Of a stretch of 31,927 nt of DNA, positions 1 to 9,045 are shown piece after piece. Under the pieces are notes generated by a model. That model searched no databases and was not told the DNA's origin. It saw nothing but the letters and a program-made list of their open reading frames with translations. Made by a program: the position numbers and the translations under genes. The DNA is from a virus (lineage: Duplodnaviria > Caudoviricetes), in the IMG/VR virus record IMGVR_UViG_3300005805_000288, positions 1 through 31,927 of that record. One strand, written 5' to 3'. Position 1 is the first letter of the stretch. The number at the start of each line of letters is the position of its first letter.

Positions 1-225
1 TTCTGCTGATGCACCACCACCAGAAGATTGACCGGTGACAGAACTACGGTATCCCCCCGCACCACCACCACCACCGCGACCGTTACCACCACCACCACCG
101 CCAGCAATGACTAGATATTCAATGGGGGGAGATAGCGAGGGCCAATTAGACCCCATCAGCGCATTTCGTACCGCCATCAAACCCCAAATGCCATCTGCGT
201 TTGATGTGCTTGGAAACTGTGCCAT
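1..225 (-). CDS. Glycine-rich tail fibre/virion protein, N-terminal part (runs off the window)
   Basis: Not in the ORF track. ATG at 225 overlaps the upstream stop (TAATG). Translates MAQFPSTSNADGIWGLMAVRNALMGSNWPSLSPPIEYLVIAGGGGGGNGRGGGGGAGGYRSS...; the YLVIAGGGGG...GGGAGGYR motif is typical of glycine-rich phage fibre domains. Confidence 0.8.
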   Translation of the reverse strand, partial: MAQFPSTSNADGIWGLMAVRNALMGSNWPSLSPPIEYLVIAGGGGGGNGRGGGGGAGGYRSSVTGQSSGGGASAE

Positions 226-578
226 TACGACAACTCCTCGTAACTTGCCACGCCCTCAAGGTCGCTGTTTGCATTTGCCGTCAAACGTAGCGAGTCGCCT
301 TCTTCCAAATAAATTGGCGCGGATAACACATCAAGCGACCCGTCTGCTGGAACGGTGACTGTTTTGGCAATGTGATACGCCGTGGAAGATCGGAAAACGT
401 CAATGTTTACCGAAGCATTGTTTGTGCCATCCACGTTTGAAATGTACAGCGCATTGACCTTCAAAACTTTGCCGCTCGCGGCGCTGTTGCTGACAATTGC
501 GGTCGCGGTAGTCGTAATCGCTTGGACGGCTACCTTGCCGTAAATTGCCGTGACGTTAACTATGTTAGGGGCTGCCAT
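225..578 (-). CDS. Small beta-rich virion/tail-associated protein (117 aa)
   Basis: Tightly coupled to both neighbours, GGAGG SD upstream, beta-strand-rich composition, located between two fibre genes. Confidence 0.75.
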   Translation of the reverse strand: MAAPNIVNVTAIYGKVAVQAITTTATAIVSNSAASGKVLKVNALYISNVDGTNNASVNIDVFRSSTAYHIAKTVTVPADGSLDVLSAPIYLEEGDSLRLTANANSDLEGVASYEELS

Positions 579-581
579 CTT

Positions 582-3110
582 TTATCCTCCAAAAACCATT
601 GCGAATGCGATTGATTTTCCAGCTGTAATTCCAGTGGTTGACGTCTGCCACGTTGGCGCGGCACCGGACCCGTTGCTTGTCAACACTTGTCCAGACGTTC
701 CGTAGTTCGCACCTGCCAAGCCAATTTGGCCGGACGTTCCAATGCGCAAACGCTCCGTATTGCCAGTCCAAAAGATCATTGGCGACGAATCGCGACCGCG
801 CAGGTTGATGCCGTTCGCCGCGGAGTCTGCGTACAACTCAAACGAGTTCGATGCGGTGCTGTTTTCTAAGCGCAGCGTCGCGATGCCAGCGCGCTGAATC
901 TCGAGGCCGTTACCGTCACCAAACACCGGCGCCGTAGTTCCGATCCCAACATTGGCAGAGCTGTCGACGGTCAAACCTTCCGTCCAAGAAGTTCCATCAA
1001 AAATACCAATCGAAGCGCCGTTAGAAGCCGCGCCATTAAAAGTCACTCTTGCGGCTTTTGTCGGCGTGGCGTCTTTGAAGAGCTGAAGCGTTGCAGACGT
1101 ATTGACAATTCTGACAATCTGATCGCTGACAGTTACCTGGCCGCCGGCAGTCAAAGTTCCAACGCCAGCGACGTTGCCGCTGTTATCGACCGTAATGGCG
1201 CTGTTCTTAATCAGCTTGCCGGTAACGCCATCGAACCGCGCAAGTGCGTTGTCGGTAGCCGACGCAGGGCCTTGCACAAATGTTGAAGGCGGCAAATACG
1301 CTGCAAGCCACACCGAGCCGCTGTACACACGCATCTCGTTTGAGACGGTGTTGAAATACAACGCACCCGTGATAAGCGGATTGCCGTCGTTGTCGACAGT
1401 CGGATCGGACGACTTAGCGCCGAGGTATCGGTCATCAAACGAGTCGAACGACGCCGCAGCCGCGTTGGCTGACGACAGCGCATTGCTGGCCGACGTCGAC
1501 GCATTCGACGCGCTCGTTGAGGCAGCAGACGCGCTGGACGCTGCAGCCGCAGCAGAAGCCGCCGCTGAAGTGGTGCTGCCGAAAAGGTTGTCGATCTGAG
1601 TGATCGTGTAGGCGTCAACAATGCCGTAACCCGCAAGTGTTGTCGGGTTAGTGCCAGCCGTCACTCGACCATACGAGTCGACCGTCACCGATTTATAGGT
1701 GTTGGCGGCGACGCCCGTCGTCGCAAGGTCGATGTCGTCGGCGTTGACTACAATGCGCGACGCCGACGCCGTCCCGACGTTAAGCGTGTTGCCAGTCTTG
1801 GTCAGACCAGCGCCAGCGGTGATTTGTCCTGCGCCGGAAAACTGCACCCAGGTAACGGCCGTCACGCCAAGTGTGCCACCCGGTGATACAGAGCAGACCC
1901 AGCCGCTGTCATCGTTGGTCGTGCCGTCCTCGACAAACGTGAAGGCCGAAACAAGTTCGTCCCAAGTGTTCGCGTCAGCCGCTCGAGTCCATGCGCCCGC
2001 TGCAGCAACGTAGATGCCGTTTTCGGCGGCGGCCGTCTGGTTCTTGACGAGCACTCGCTGGCTTGCAGTGACCGCGACACCGTCGATGGTCTGAGTGCCG
2101 GAGAGCGTGATGTTAGTCGTCGTCGCCGCGACGCACGATGCTTTGGCATCCAGACCCTGCGCCACCTGGTCAACGTATGCTTTGTTGGCGGCGTCGCTGT
2201 CGGCAACCGGCGCGACGAGGTTGGAGATAACTCCGCTCGTCATGTCGAGCGAACCGTTAATCGTTACGTTGTTAAACGTCGAGGTGCCGCTGGCGGCGGT
2301 AATGTTGCCCGCCACATCACCCGCCACGTTGCCGGTGACGTTGCCTGTCACGTTACCCGTGACGTTGCCGGTCAACGTGCCGGTGATGCCGCTGTTGGCG
2401 TTTACGGTCGTAAAGCTGCCTGCCGCACGGGTCGTGCCGCCAATCGTCACTCCGTTGAGCGTACCGCCCGTGGCGCTAATCGCATCGCCCAGCGCCGCGG
2501 CCCCATTAACGGTCAGGTTTGTAAACGTGCCAGCCGCTGCAGTTGTTGCACCAATCGAGGTGTTGTTAATGGTGCCACCAGTAATTGTGGCGTTGCCAGT
2601 AACTCCACCACTTGCGGTTATCGCACCAGTAACGGCCAAAGTTCCGCTGAGTGTGGTGTTTCCCGTCACCCCCAGCGTGCCACCCACAGTCGTGTTGCCC
2701 GTCACGCCAAGCGTGCCGGAAAGTGTCGTGTTACCCGTGACGCCAAGTGTGCCGCCAATTGTGGCGTTGCCCTGCGCGGTAAACGTGCGGCCTGTCGGCA
2801 CCAGCACGCCGTTGACGGTGTACTGCAAAATGCGCGTCCCAAGCACGACGCCCCACATCTCGCCAGAGCCGGCGCGGTAGAAGCCGCTTGACGTTTCGTT
2901 TAGCCACGCGATGCCAGGCGTCGCCTGCGCGCCATCTGCCAAACGAAACGGGGCAAGCATTCCGCCCTCGCCGGTTCTCGACAACGAGTCGGTAATCTCA
3001 TTCGCGATGTCCTCCAGCGTGTCATTGGCCCAGTTAGCCTCAATGACTGTACCCGGCTCTACCGGGTTGCCAGCAGGAAGGGTGTATGTGCCTGAACCAT
3101 TACGGGGCAT
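582..3110 (-). CDS. Tail fibre protein (842 aa)
   Basis: N-terminal MPRNGSGTYTLP attachment motif, G/T/N-rich repeats, DAANKAYVD motif, TQTIDGV...RVLVKNQT...NGIY module, Ala/Ser coiled coil followed by FDDRYLGAK, NVGIGTT and ERLRI beta-motifs. GGAG SD. Confidence 0.9.
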   Translation of the reverse strand: MPRNGSGTYTLPAGNPVEPGTVIEANWANDTLEDIANEITDSLSRTGEGGMLAPFRLADGAQATPGIAWLNETSSGFYRAGSGEMWGVVLGTRILQYTVNGVLVPTGRTFTAQGNATIGGTLGVTGNTTLSGTLGVTGNTTVGGTLGVTGNTTLSGTLAVTGAITASGGVTGNATITGGTINNTSIGATTAAAGTFTNLTVNGAAALGDAISATGGTLNGVTIGGTTRAAGSFTTVNANSGITGTLTGNVTGNVTGNVTGNVAGDVAGNITAASGTSTFNNVTINGSLDMTSGVISNLVAPVADSDAANKAYVDQVAQGLDAKASCVAATTTNITLSGTQTIDGVAVTASQRVLVKNQTAAAENGIYVAAAGAWTRAADANTWDELVSAFTFVEDGTTNDDSGWVCSVSPGGTLGVTAVTWVQFSGAGQITAGAGLTKTGNTLNVGTASASRIVVNADDIDLATTGVAANTYKSVTVDSYGRVTAGTNPTTLAGYGIVDAYTITQIDNLFGSTTSAAASAAAAASSASAASTSASNASTSASNALSSANAAAASFDSFDDRYLGAKSSDPTVDNDGNPLITGALYFNTVSNEMRVYSGSVWLAAYLPPSTFVQGPASATDNALARFDGVTGKLIKNSAITVDNSGNVAGVGTLTAGGQVTVSDQIVRIVNTSATLQLFKDATPTKAARVTFNGAASNGASIGIFDGTSWTEGLTVDSSANVGIGTTAPVFGDGNGLEIQRAGIATLRLENSTASNSFELYADSAANGINLRGRDSSPMIFWTGNTERLRIGTSGQIGLAGANYGTSGQVLTSNGSGAAPTWQTSTTGITAGKSIAFAMVFGG
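2615..2775 (-). repeat. About 4 tandem 36-nt (12-aa) repeats TGNTT(L/V)(S/G)GTLGV in the tail fibre
   Basis: Visible in translation: GNATIGGTLGV TGNTTLSGTLGV TGNTTVGGTLGV TGNTTLSGTLAV. A (TGNV)n run also lies at about 2310-2385. Confidence 0.85.
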
Positions 3111-3126
3111 TGCTTTCTCCTATCAC

Positions 3127-5070
3127 CTACTGCGCGACGGCTGGTGCCGATCCGCGCAAAATTCTTAAAAGTGCGTCTTGTTCTGCCGTCAACGGTTGCC
3201 CAGCGCGCTCAAGCTGCTCAAGAACGCGCAGCAACTCCTGCGGGTTCTGGAGCGCTTCGGCGAGCGCTTGGTCGCGCCTCGTATTGGCAAACGCTCGCAG
3301 CGCGTCAAGGCCGCCTCTTGCGACGACAGCACCAGGCGCGCCAGCAACACCGCCAATCACGTCTGCGGCTTGACCCGCTGCTGCTGCAGCAATGGTATCG
3401 CTTGCGGTGTTGCTTCCGCCACCTGACGTCGCGGTTTTCGCTACACGTTGGGTAATGTTTTGGCGACGCAGGGCATCCAAAACCGTATCTAGTCGGTTTT
3501 GCGCTGCTGTCGAAAGTTGTGTGTTTCCTGCGCGATCACTGCCTCGGCCAATTGCTCGGCCCAGGCCAGCTTCGGTGATTTTAGGTACGTCACCAGCCGC
3601 GTCTGCAGACACGCCGAGGACGCGTCCCGTGTTGCGGTCGTAGTACGTTTCACGAACGCGGCCCGCAGCCTTGCTTTGATCAACCAAGCGCGATCCTGCG
3701 CTGTACTCGTCTACAACCGTCTGCCACTTGTTCCCGCTTACGTTGTTCAAAATTCTGTCCAGCTCGCCAATGACAAGCCTTGTTGCATTTGAATCTCGCG
3801 GAGCCGCCTCGTAAGCGTTTTGGCTGATCGGGCGATATTTGCCACTCAAATTCGCGCGAATCTGCTGCAGCACGCCAGGCTGAATTCTGTCGCCGTAGCG
3901 CTCAATTTCAGAGGCGATCTGCTGAAGCATATTGCGTACAGCAGGGTTTGCTGCATCGGCAGTCATTAGCGCGTCATCAACCGTGGCCTTGAGATTGCTC
4001 ACCTCTTGACGGAAAAGAGGAGCGTCTACAGCTCTTTCGGCTGCCGCCCAGTTGTTGTCCCACGCCTGCTTGCGCAGCGCGCGCCGCGAAGCAAGGTCGG
4101 TAGCGTCGCTAGTCGCGGCGCCAAACTCATCGGCGACCGCTCTAGCCTGCGCCTGGTCGAAGTCGTACCAGTTGCCCGCGTTCAGCGTGCGGCTTCCGCG
4201 CTCGAGGCGCGCAAGGTCGGCGCTATCGAGCTGAGCCGCGCTTGTAAGCGGAATCGGACCCTGCGGCCCTAAACCGCGTAATTGCGCGAGTGTGCGCGAG
4301 AGCACGTTCTGGCGAGCAACCTGGTCAGCGCCTTCGCCAGCCAGCTCGCCCACAACCTGCTCTGCGGCGCGTTCGCCTCCGCCCCCTGCAGTCGTCATTC
4401 TCCGAATGCTGTTAACGCCGTACCCAAGGCCAGGCAATACCGAGGCATATCCAGCGCCAGTCGCTGCGTTATAAAGCGCGCTTTCTCCTTCAACTGTTGG
4501 CCGCAAACCGCCAAACGCAAGGCCGGATAGCGCCGCATCTCCGACAAGACCCGCAGTACCAAGCTTCGCCGTAGTCGACGCAGCTGGCGCTATTGAGCTT
4601 CCAGCGCGAAGAGCTTGATACGCGCGCGGCAAGAACGTGCCAGCACGCAGCGCCGTATTTGCAAATGCACCAACCGGGATTGCAAGCGTCGGAGCGACGT
4701 TGCCTGCAACCTGCAGCGCCCCGCCGCCTGTCGTATTAGCGGCGAGCGTTTCTGCTAATGCTCGCTCGTCGGCGGCCCGCTTTTGCAGCTCAGCTCGTCG
4801 TTCGTCACTTCCAAACGCGTCGTTGAGGCGCTGCTGAGCGCCAGTAACAAGCTCCTGTACGCCAGAGCCGACGTTAAGTAACGCCCTCGGCAGCCAAGAC
4901 ATCTCTTTCAGACGCGCGCCTGCCATGCTGTTCATCGTGTTGCGGCGCCATTCGTCGGTAAGCTTCGGCGCGTTGTAGCGCTGCAGCATCCGATTGAGTT
5001 CGTCTTGAGTAATTCCCTCTGGAACACCCTCAACAATTGTCCCGTCTGGCATTACGACATCTATCGTCAT
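3127..5070 (-). CDS. Internal virion / DNA ejection protein (647 aa)
   Basis: Ala/Gly-rich helical protein with N-terminal VVMPDGTIVEGVPEG motif, last of the ejection-protein block before the fibre gene. ATGA coupling with the upstream gene. Confidence 0.7.
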   Translation of the reverse strand: MTIDVVMPDGTIVEGVPEGITQDELNRMLQRYNAPKLTDEWRRNTMNSMAGARLKEMSWLPRALLNVGSGVQELVTGAQQRLNDAFGSDERRAELQKRAADERALAETLAANTTGGGALQVAGNVAPTLAIPVGAFANTALRAGTFLPRAYQALRAGSSIAPAASTTAKLGTAGLVGDAALSGLAFGGLRPTVEGESALYNAATGAGYASVLPGLGYGVNSIRRMTTAGGGGERAAEQVVGELAGEGADQVARQNVLSRTLAQLRGLGPQGPIPLTSAAQLDSADLARLERGSRTLNAGNWYDFDQAQARAVADEFGAATSDATDLASRRALRKQAWDNNWAAAERAVDAPLFRQEVSNLKATVDDALMTADAANPAVRNMLQQIASEIERYGDRIQPGVLQQIRANLSGKYRPISQNAYEAAPRDSNATRLVIGELDRILNNVSGNKWQTVVDEYSAGSRLVDQSKAAGRVRETYYDRNTGRVLGVSADAAGDVPKITEAGLGRAIGRGSDRAGNTQLSTAAQNRLDTVLDALRRQNITQRVAKTATSGGGSNTASDTIAAAAAGQAADVIGGVAGAPGAVVARGGLDALRAFANTRRDQALAEALQNPQELLRVLEQLERAGQPLTAEQDALLRILRGSAPAVAQ

Positions 5071-6110
5071 TTTGCCAAATCCTCGTAACGAACGCGGCGA
5101 TTGCCGCTCGTAGGCTCTCCGCCGCGATAAGCGGGGTTAACGATCACCGCCGCTGGGTCTAGGCCGCGAGAAATGGCAAGCTGCGAATACTGCTGCGCCA
5201 CCGCGCCGATCTTGGCTTCAGCCGCGCGTTGATAAAGCTGCGCGAGCTCGTTTATTTGATTGATGGCGTCTACATTAAGCGGTTTGCCTTTGAGAATGTT
5301 ATCCATCAAGTTCTTTGCGCGACCTTCAAGCCCCTGCGCTCTTACGACGCGATCAAATTCGCCCTCTCGAACGACAGAGCCGGGATCAAGAAACTTGTTG
5401 AGCAAAATAACTAACGATTGCTGCGGAATGGCCGGTATTGCTTCCGGTCTGCCGCCGTAAGCGTTGATGATCTCGGAAATCTTGCGAGTTGCACCAAGCT
5501 CTGTGCCAAGGTCGCCAGTTGCCTTATCAAAATCATTACGAAGTTTGTCTTCAGCTCGCCACAAACGCGCATCATCCGCGCTACTGTTGCCCCTCATTCC
5601 CGCGAGCGTCATGCGCAGCATTGAGTTGTCTTCGCGCGCCTGGCGCTTGTCCTCTAACCCCATCTCAAACTGACCAAGCTGCAGCAGTTTGTCTGCCTCA
5701 CGCATACGCTCAGCAGAGGGGTCTTTAAGCAGCGTCCCGTCCGACATGATTGTGGCAGTTCCGACTTTTAGCGGGTCTCGAGCCGCCATCGCGCGTTTGA
5801 GGTACTGACCCTGCACGCCCTCAAATCGCGGACCGGCGTACTGCGCTGCGAGCGCGTTAAGCATCGCCCCCTGCCCCTCAGTCGCGCGCGTGCGCGCGTA
5901 TTCCTGCGCTTGAGAGTAATCGTCGTCTTGGCCGTAGAGCTCAAGCGCACGACGGATGTTGTCTTCGCCAGGGATGACGTTATTAGTTACAGCACCGCCA
6001 GTGCTTGCGCGAACGGCACGCGGAAGCATTCGCTCTCGCCTCTTTCGCTCAATCTCTTCGGGCGTTTCTACAATTGCGCCGTCCGCGAGCATTGTCTGGT
6101 AAAAATCCAT
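5067..6110 (-). CDS. Internal virion / DNA ejection protein (347 aa)
   Basis: Helical protein with KFLDPGSVVREGEF motif seen in podovirus internal proteins; synteny; GGAG SD. Confidence 0.65.
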   Translation of the reverse strand: MDFYQTMLADGAIVETPEEIERKRRERMLPRAVRASTGGAVTNNVIPGEDNIRRALELYGQDDDYSQAQEYARTRATEGQGAMLNALAAQYAGPRFEGVQGQYLKRAMAARDPLKVGTATIMSDGTLLKDPSAERMREADKLLQLGQFEMGLEDKRQAREDNSMLRMTLAGMRGNSSADDARLWRAEDKLRNDFDKATGDLGTELGATRKISEIINAYGGRPEAIPAIPQQSLVILLNKFLDPGSVVREGEFDRVVRAQGLEGRAKNLMDNILKGKPLNVDAINQINELAQLYQRAAEAKIGAVAQQYSQLAISRGLDPAAVIVNPAYRGGEPTSGNRRVRYEDLAK

Positions 6111-6124
6111 GTCGCTCTCCGCGG

Positions 6125-6493
6125 TCAGTACATCAGCTCATCGTCGGGGTTATAGATGCCCTTGCCACCCTGCGGCGCCTGCACGACAGGTCTGTTGCCC
6201 GCGCGCGAAGCGCGCAGCAGCTCAAGAGCCGTTTTCTGACGCGCGTTAAAATCCTTCATGCCCGCGTCAACGCCCTGCTGACCCTTGCGGGCCATGTACG
6301 CCTGGCCGAGCTGCGCAAGACCCTGCGTGAAAGAAGGCGCAACATAAACCCGCCCTGTCGATTGGCCCTGCAAAGGCTGCATCGATTGCTGACGTAGCGC
6401 CTCTACCATCGCTTGCTTACGCGCAAGCTGCTCCTCTTCTGGTCGCATTGCGCCCATTTGCACTAAGTAGTCGAACATTAAATCGTCGTTCAT
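6125..6493 (-). CDS. Small internal virion protein (122 aa)
   Basis: Gln/Ala-rich ORF packed between ejection-type genes. Confidence 0.6.
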   Translation of the reverse strand: MNDDLMFDYLVQMGAMRPEEEQLARKQAMVEALRQQSMQPLQGQSTGRVYVAPSFTQGLAQLGQAYMARKGQQGVDAGMKDFNARQKTALELLRASRAGNRPVVQAPQGGKGIYNPDDELMY

Positions 6494-6494
6494 G

Positions 6495-8636
6495 TCACAG
6501 CGCTCCGTAATTCACAGTGAGATATCCGCTCGCGTGTCGTCGGACCAAGGCTGGTTGCACCGCCTCAAGTTCCTGCGCGATTACGCCACGCTGACGGTAA
6601 CCGGCGATGTCGTATTCGTAGATGCCGACCCCCAGCGCGTGCGTTCCGACGCGCTTGATGTTTCGCTTTAGCCGTCGATCTGAGAACGCAAAAGGATTTC
6701 CGATAGCGGCACTACCCAAACTAAACAGACCGCTCATCGTGTTGCCAAGAGCCGCGTTTTGCGCGTTCTGTGCATCAAGCGCGGCTTGATACTGCATATT
6801 GGCTGCGTTGAGGAGCTGTGGCGTCTCGGCGACGCCCGCCGGCTGAAATCGCGGCATCTGCGGCATACCGACCTGTTGCCCGGTCAGCAGCGCATTCATC
6901 TCGTTTAACGCCATACCACGCTGCAGCTGCTGCTCCGCAATCGCCTGCTGTCGCAAGCGGTTCTGTTGATCGGCATACGACTGCTGCATCTGGAACTGCT
7001 GGGCAAGCGCGGCGTTCTCCGCCTGTTGCCTCTGAATGTCTAGCGAAGCAGCGTCTCGCAGCGCCTGGTTTTGGAACTGCTGGGACGCCAAGTCCTGCTG
7101 GAATGCCTGCGCCGCGGCTTGGTTCGCAAGTTGCGCCTGCGAGAGCTGCTGACCGAACAACTGATTCTGGGCGGCGTTTGCAAACTGCCCAGCGCCAAGC
7201 TGCTGACCGAACGCCTGATTGACGGCCTGATTCGCAAACTGTCCTTGCGCAAGGTTTTGCTGAAATCGACGACTTGCAGCGTCGTTAAAAAAGTTACCCG
7301 CGCCGAGTAGTTGATTAAATCCTTGACCAACTGCTTGGTTGGTAAATTGATTAGCTGCTAAGCCTTGTTGAAACTGAGCGTTACGCGCTGCATTGGCCGC
7401 CTGTCGAGCAGCCATGTCTTGTTGGAATATCTGTCCTTGTGCAGTGTTGGCGAAGTTTGCCGCCTGCAAGTTTTGACCAAACTGCTGGCCAATTGCCTGG
7501 TTAGCCGCTTGACGCGCAGTCATGTCTTGATTGAATGCTTGCTGCGTCGCTTGATTCTGAAACTGATTTCGCGCAAGCCCTTGCTGAAATGCAGCCTGGG
7601 CGGCAGCATTGGCAAAATTACCAGCACCAACGTCTTCGTTGAACGCTTGCTGACGCTGCCCCATCTGCATACCAAACAAGCGTTGGGCTTCGTTGCCGGC
7701 AATATCGAGAGCGTTGTAGCGCTCCGACGCTTGCCGAGCAGAAAGGTCATCCATTGCCCGCTTGTACGCTTCGGTGCCTTTCTGAAAGCCTTGATTCGCA
7801 AGCTGCGTCTCAAGCGCCTGCTGCTGCATCTGGTGGACGGGCAGCATCCGACCAACAAGGTCGGTCGCGATTCGGTCGCGATAATTTGCGTCAAACGCCG
7901 GCAGCGCCGGGTTGTCGCCCAACGCAAGCTGTCGCTGCATAGCCTCTGCCTGCGCGGCTCGCGAGAGATCGCCGGTCATTGGGTTAAATGCAGCGTTCAG
8001 CTGAAAAGGATTAACGCTCGTTTGAATGTTTCCGGCGTTGGCGTCGAACGCGGTGTCCATTGGCGTTGTCGCGGTGTTTAAGCGAAGCGCGCCAATTAAT
8101 GGGTCAACATTTTCTTGAAGCGCGGTTTGGCCGACACCTTGCTGGATGTTTCCAACAAAGTCGTTGACGCTCATTTGGGGCCCAGAAAAGTCAAACCCAC
8201 GCACGACGCCTTGCGGGCCGACGCTTGACGATAAGCCAGGAGCGTAATCCGCAATCCCGCTCATTACACGACCTGGACCGCCTGAAGACGTCAGCTCTGG
8301 GAGACTTTCCCAATCAAACGGCTTTGAGTACGCCTCGCCGACGCGGTCCATGAAGCCTTCGGCGAGGTTGCTTCGCTGTTGCTGTAGTGCAATCTGCGAA
8401 TCGAGCGCAGCCTGCAGCTCTGGCGTAAGCGTAGTCGTTTGAGTCCACGACGTTACGTTCTGCCCGCTTGCGGGATCAACGGTGGACTCCGTTTTCCATG
8501 TCTCGCTTCCAAACGGCGTGTTAATCGTCGGCCGATTGGCGAAGTTCTGGATATTCAGATTTTCCTTCGACGCCTGCGCCTGCGCCAGTGCGGCGCCGGT
8601 GTAGTCAGGCGGCGGCGGAGATGACTTCTTGCCCAT
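6495..8636 (-). CDS. Gln-rich ejection/pilot protein with C-terminal intramolecular-chaperone (peptidase S74-like) domain (713 aa)
   Basis: MGKKSSPPPPDY N-terminus typical of podovirus pilot proteins following the GNAT gene; Q/A/N-rich repeats; C-terminal FSDRRLKRNIKRVG...GVIAQEL...VNY matches the S74 autocleavage signature. Confidence 0.8.
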   Translation of the reverse strand: MGKKSSPPPPDYTGAALAQAQASKENLNIQNFANRPTINTPFGSETWKTESTVDPASGQNVTSWTQTTTLTPELQAALDSQIALQQQRSNLAEGFMDRVGEAYSKPFDWESLPELTSSGGPGRVMSGIADYAPGLSSSVGPQGVVRGFDFSGPQMSVNDFVGNIQQGVGQTALQENVDPLIGALRLNTATTPMDTAFDANAGNIQTSVNPFQLNAAFNPMTGDLSRAAQAEAMQRQLALGDNPALPAFDANYRDRIATDLVGRMLPVHQMQQQALETQLANQGFQKGTEAYKRAMDDLSARQASERYNALDIAGNEAQRLFGMQMGQRQQAFNEDVGAGNFANAAAQAAFQQGLARNQFQNQATQQAFNQDMTARQAANQAIGQQFGQNLQAANFANTAQGQIFQQDMAARQAANAARNAQFQQGLAANQFTNQAVGQGFNQLLGAGNFFNDAASRRFQQNLAQGQFANQAVNQAFGQQLGAGQFANAAQNQLFGQQLSQAQLANQAAAQAFQQDLASQQFQNQALRDAASLDIQRQQAENAALAQQFQMQQSYADQQNRLRQQAIAEQQLQRGMALNEMNALLTGQQVGMPQMPRFQPAGVAETPQLLNAANMQYQAALDAQNAQNAALGNTMSGLFSLGSAAIGNPFAFSDRRLKRNIKRVGTHALGVGIYEYDIAGYRQRGVIAQELEAVQPALVRRHASGYLTVNYGAL
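7053..7646 (-). repeat. Eleven tandem 18-aa (54-nt) degenerate repeats, consensus xF(Q/G/N)QxLxAxQFANQAxxQ
   Basis: AFNEDVGAGNFANAAAQA / AFQQGLARNQFQNQATQQ / AFNQDMTARQAANQAIGQ / ... / AFQQDLASQQFQNQALRD, with Phe recurring every 18 residues without gaps. Confidence 0.9.
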
Positions 8637-9045
8637 GCTGCTCGTTCTCCAAGTAGCGGCAGTTCTCTCGCCGCAATTCCATTACGACTAAATCACCGTC
8701 AGGGTGCGCGTCTTTTAATCGAAGCACTTCGGAAAACCCGACATGCTTGTTAAACCGCAGCGCTTTTTGATTGCCAGATGGCACTAACCCCAGCACGACC
8801 CTGAGCCCTGCCACGTTGAACGCATAGTCAAACGTGGCACGGATCAATTCCCTGCTCACCCAATTCCCCTCGCCGGCTGCGTGCATTTGGCACGACGCGC
8901 CGTTCCATCCGTCAAAGCCCACTACACCCAAAATCTTGCCTTCGCTTGTTACGTTCGCAATACAGCGCAAATGCGGCGTCGGCATATAACCGATCCGCTC
9001 GCACAACCATCGAGCCAGTAGCTCTTGATGGTTTGTAAATATCAC
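8605..9045 (-). CDS. GNAT-fold acetyltransferase-like phage protein (DUF2824-like, 146 aa)
   Basis: ATFDYAFNVAGLRVVLGLVPSGNQKALRFNKHVGF is a RimJ/RimL-type GNAT motif; this is the usual position between nozzle and pilot genes. Confidence 0.8.
   Translation of the reverse strand: MIFTNHQELLARWLCERIGYMPTPHLRCIANVTSEGKILGVVGFDGWNGASCQMHAAGEGNWVSRELIRATFDYAFNVAGLRVVLGLVPSGNQKALRFNKHVGFSEVLRLKDAHPDGDLVVMELRRENCRYLENEQHGQEVISAAA

Noticed and set aside
12-102. (ACC)n microsatellite and proline-rich plus-strand ORF 35-358
   Set aside because: Explained by GGT glycine codons of the minus-strand glycine-rich gene.
1-3110. Diversity-generating retroelement or invertible fibre cassette
   Set aside because: No reverse transcriptase, invertase or template/variable repeat pair is seen in the window; cannot be excluded beyond the left edge.
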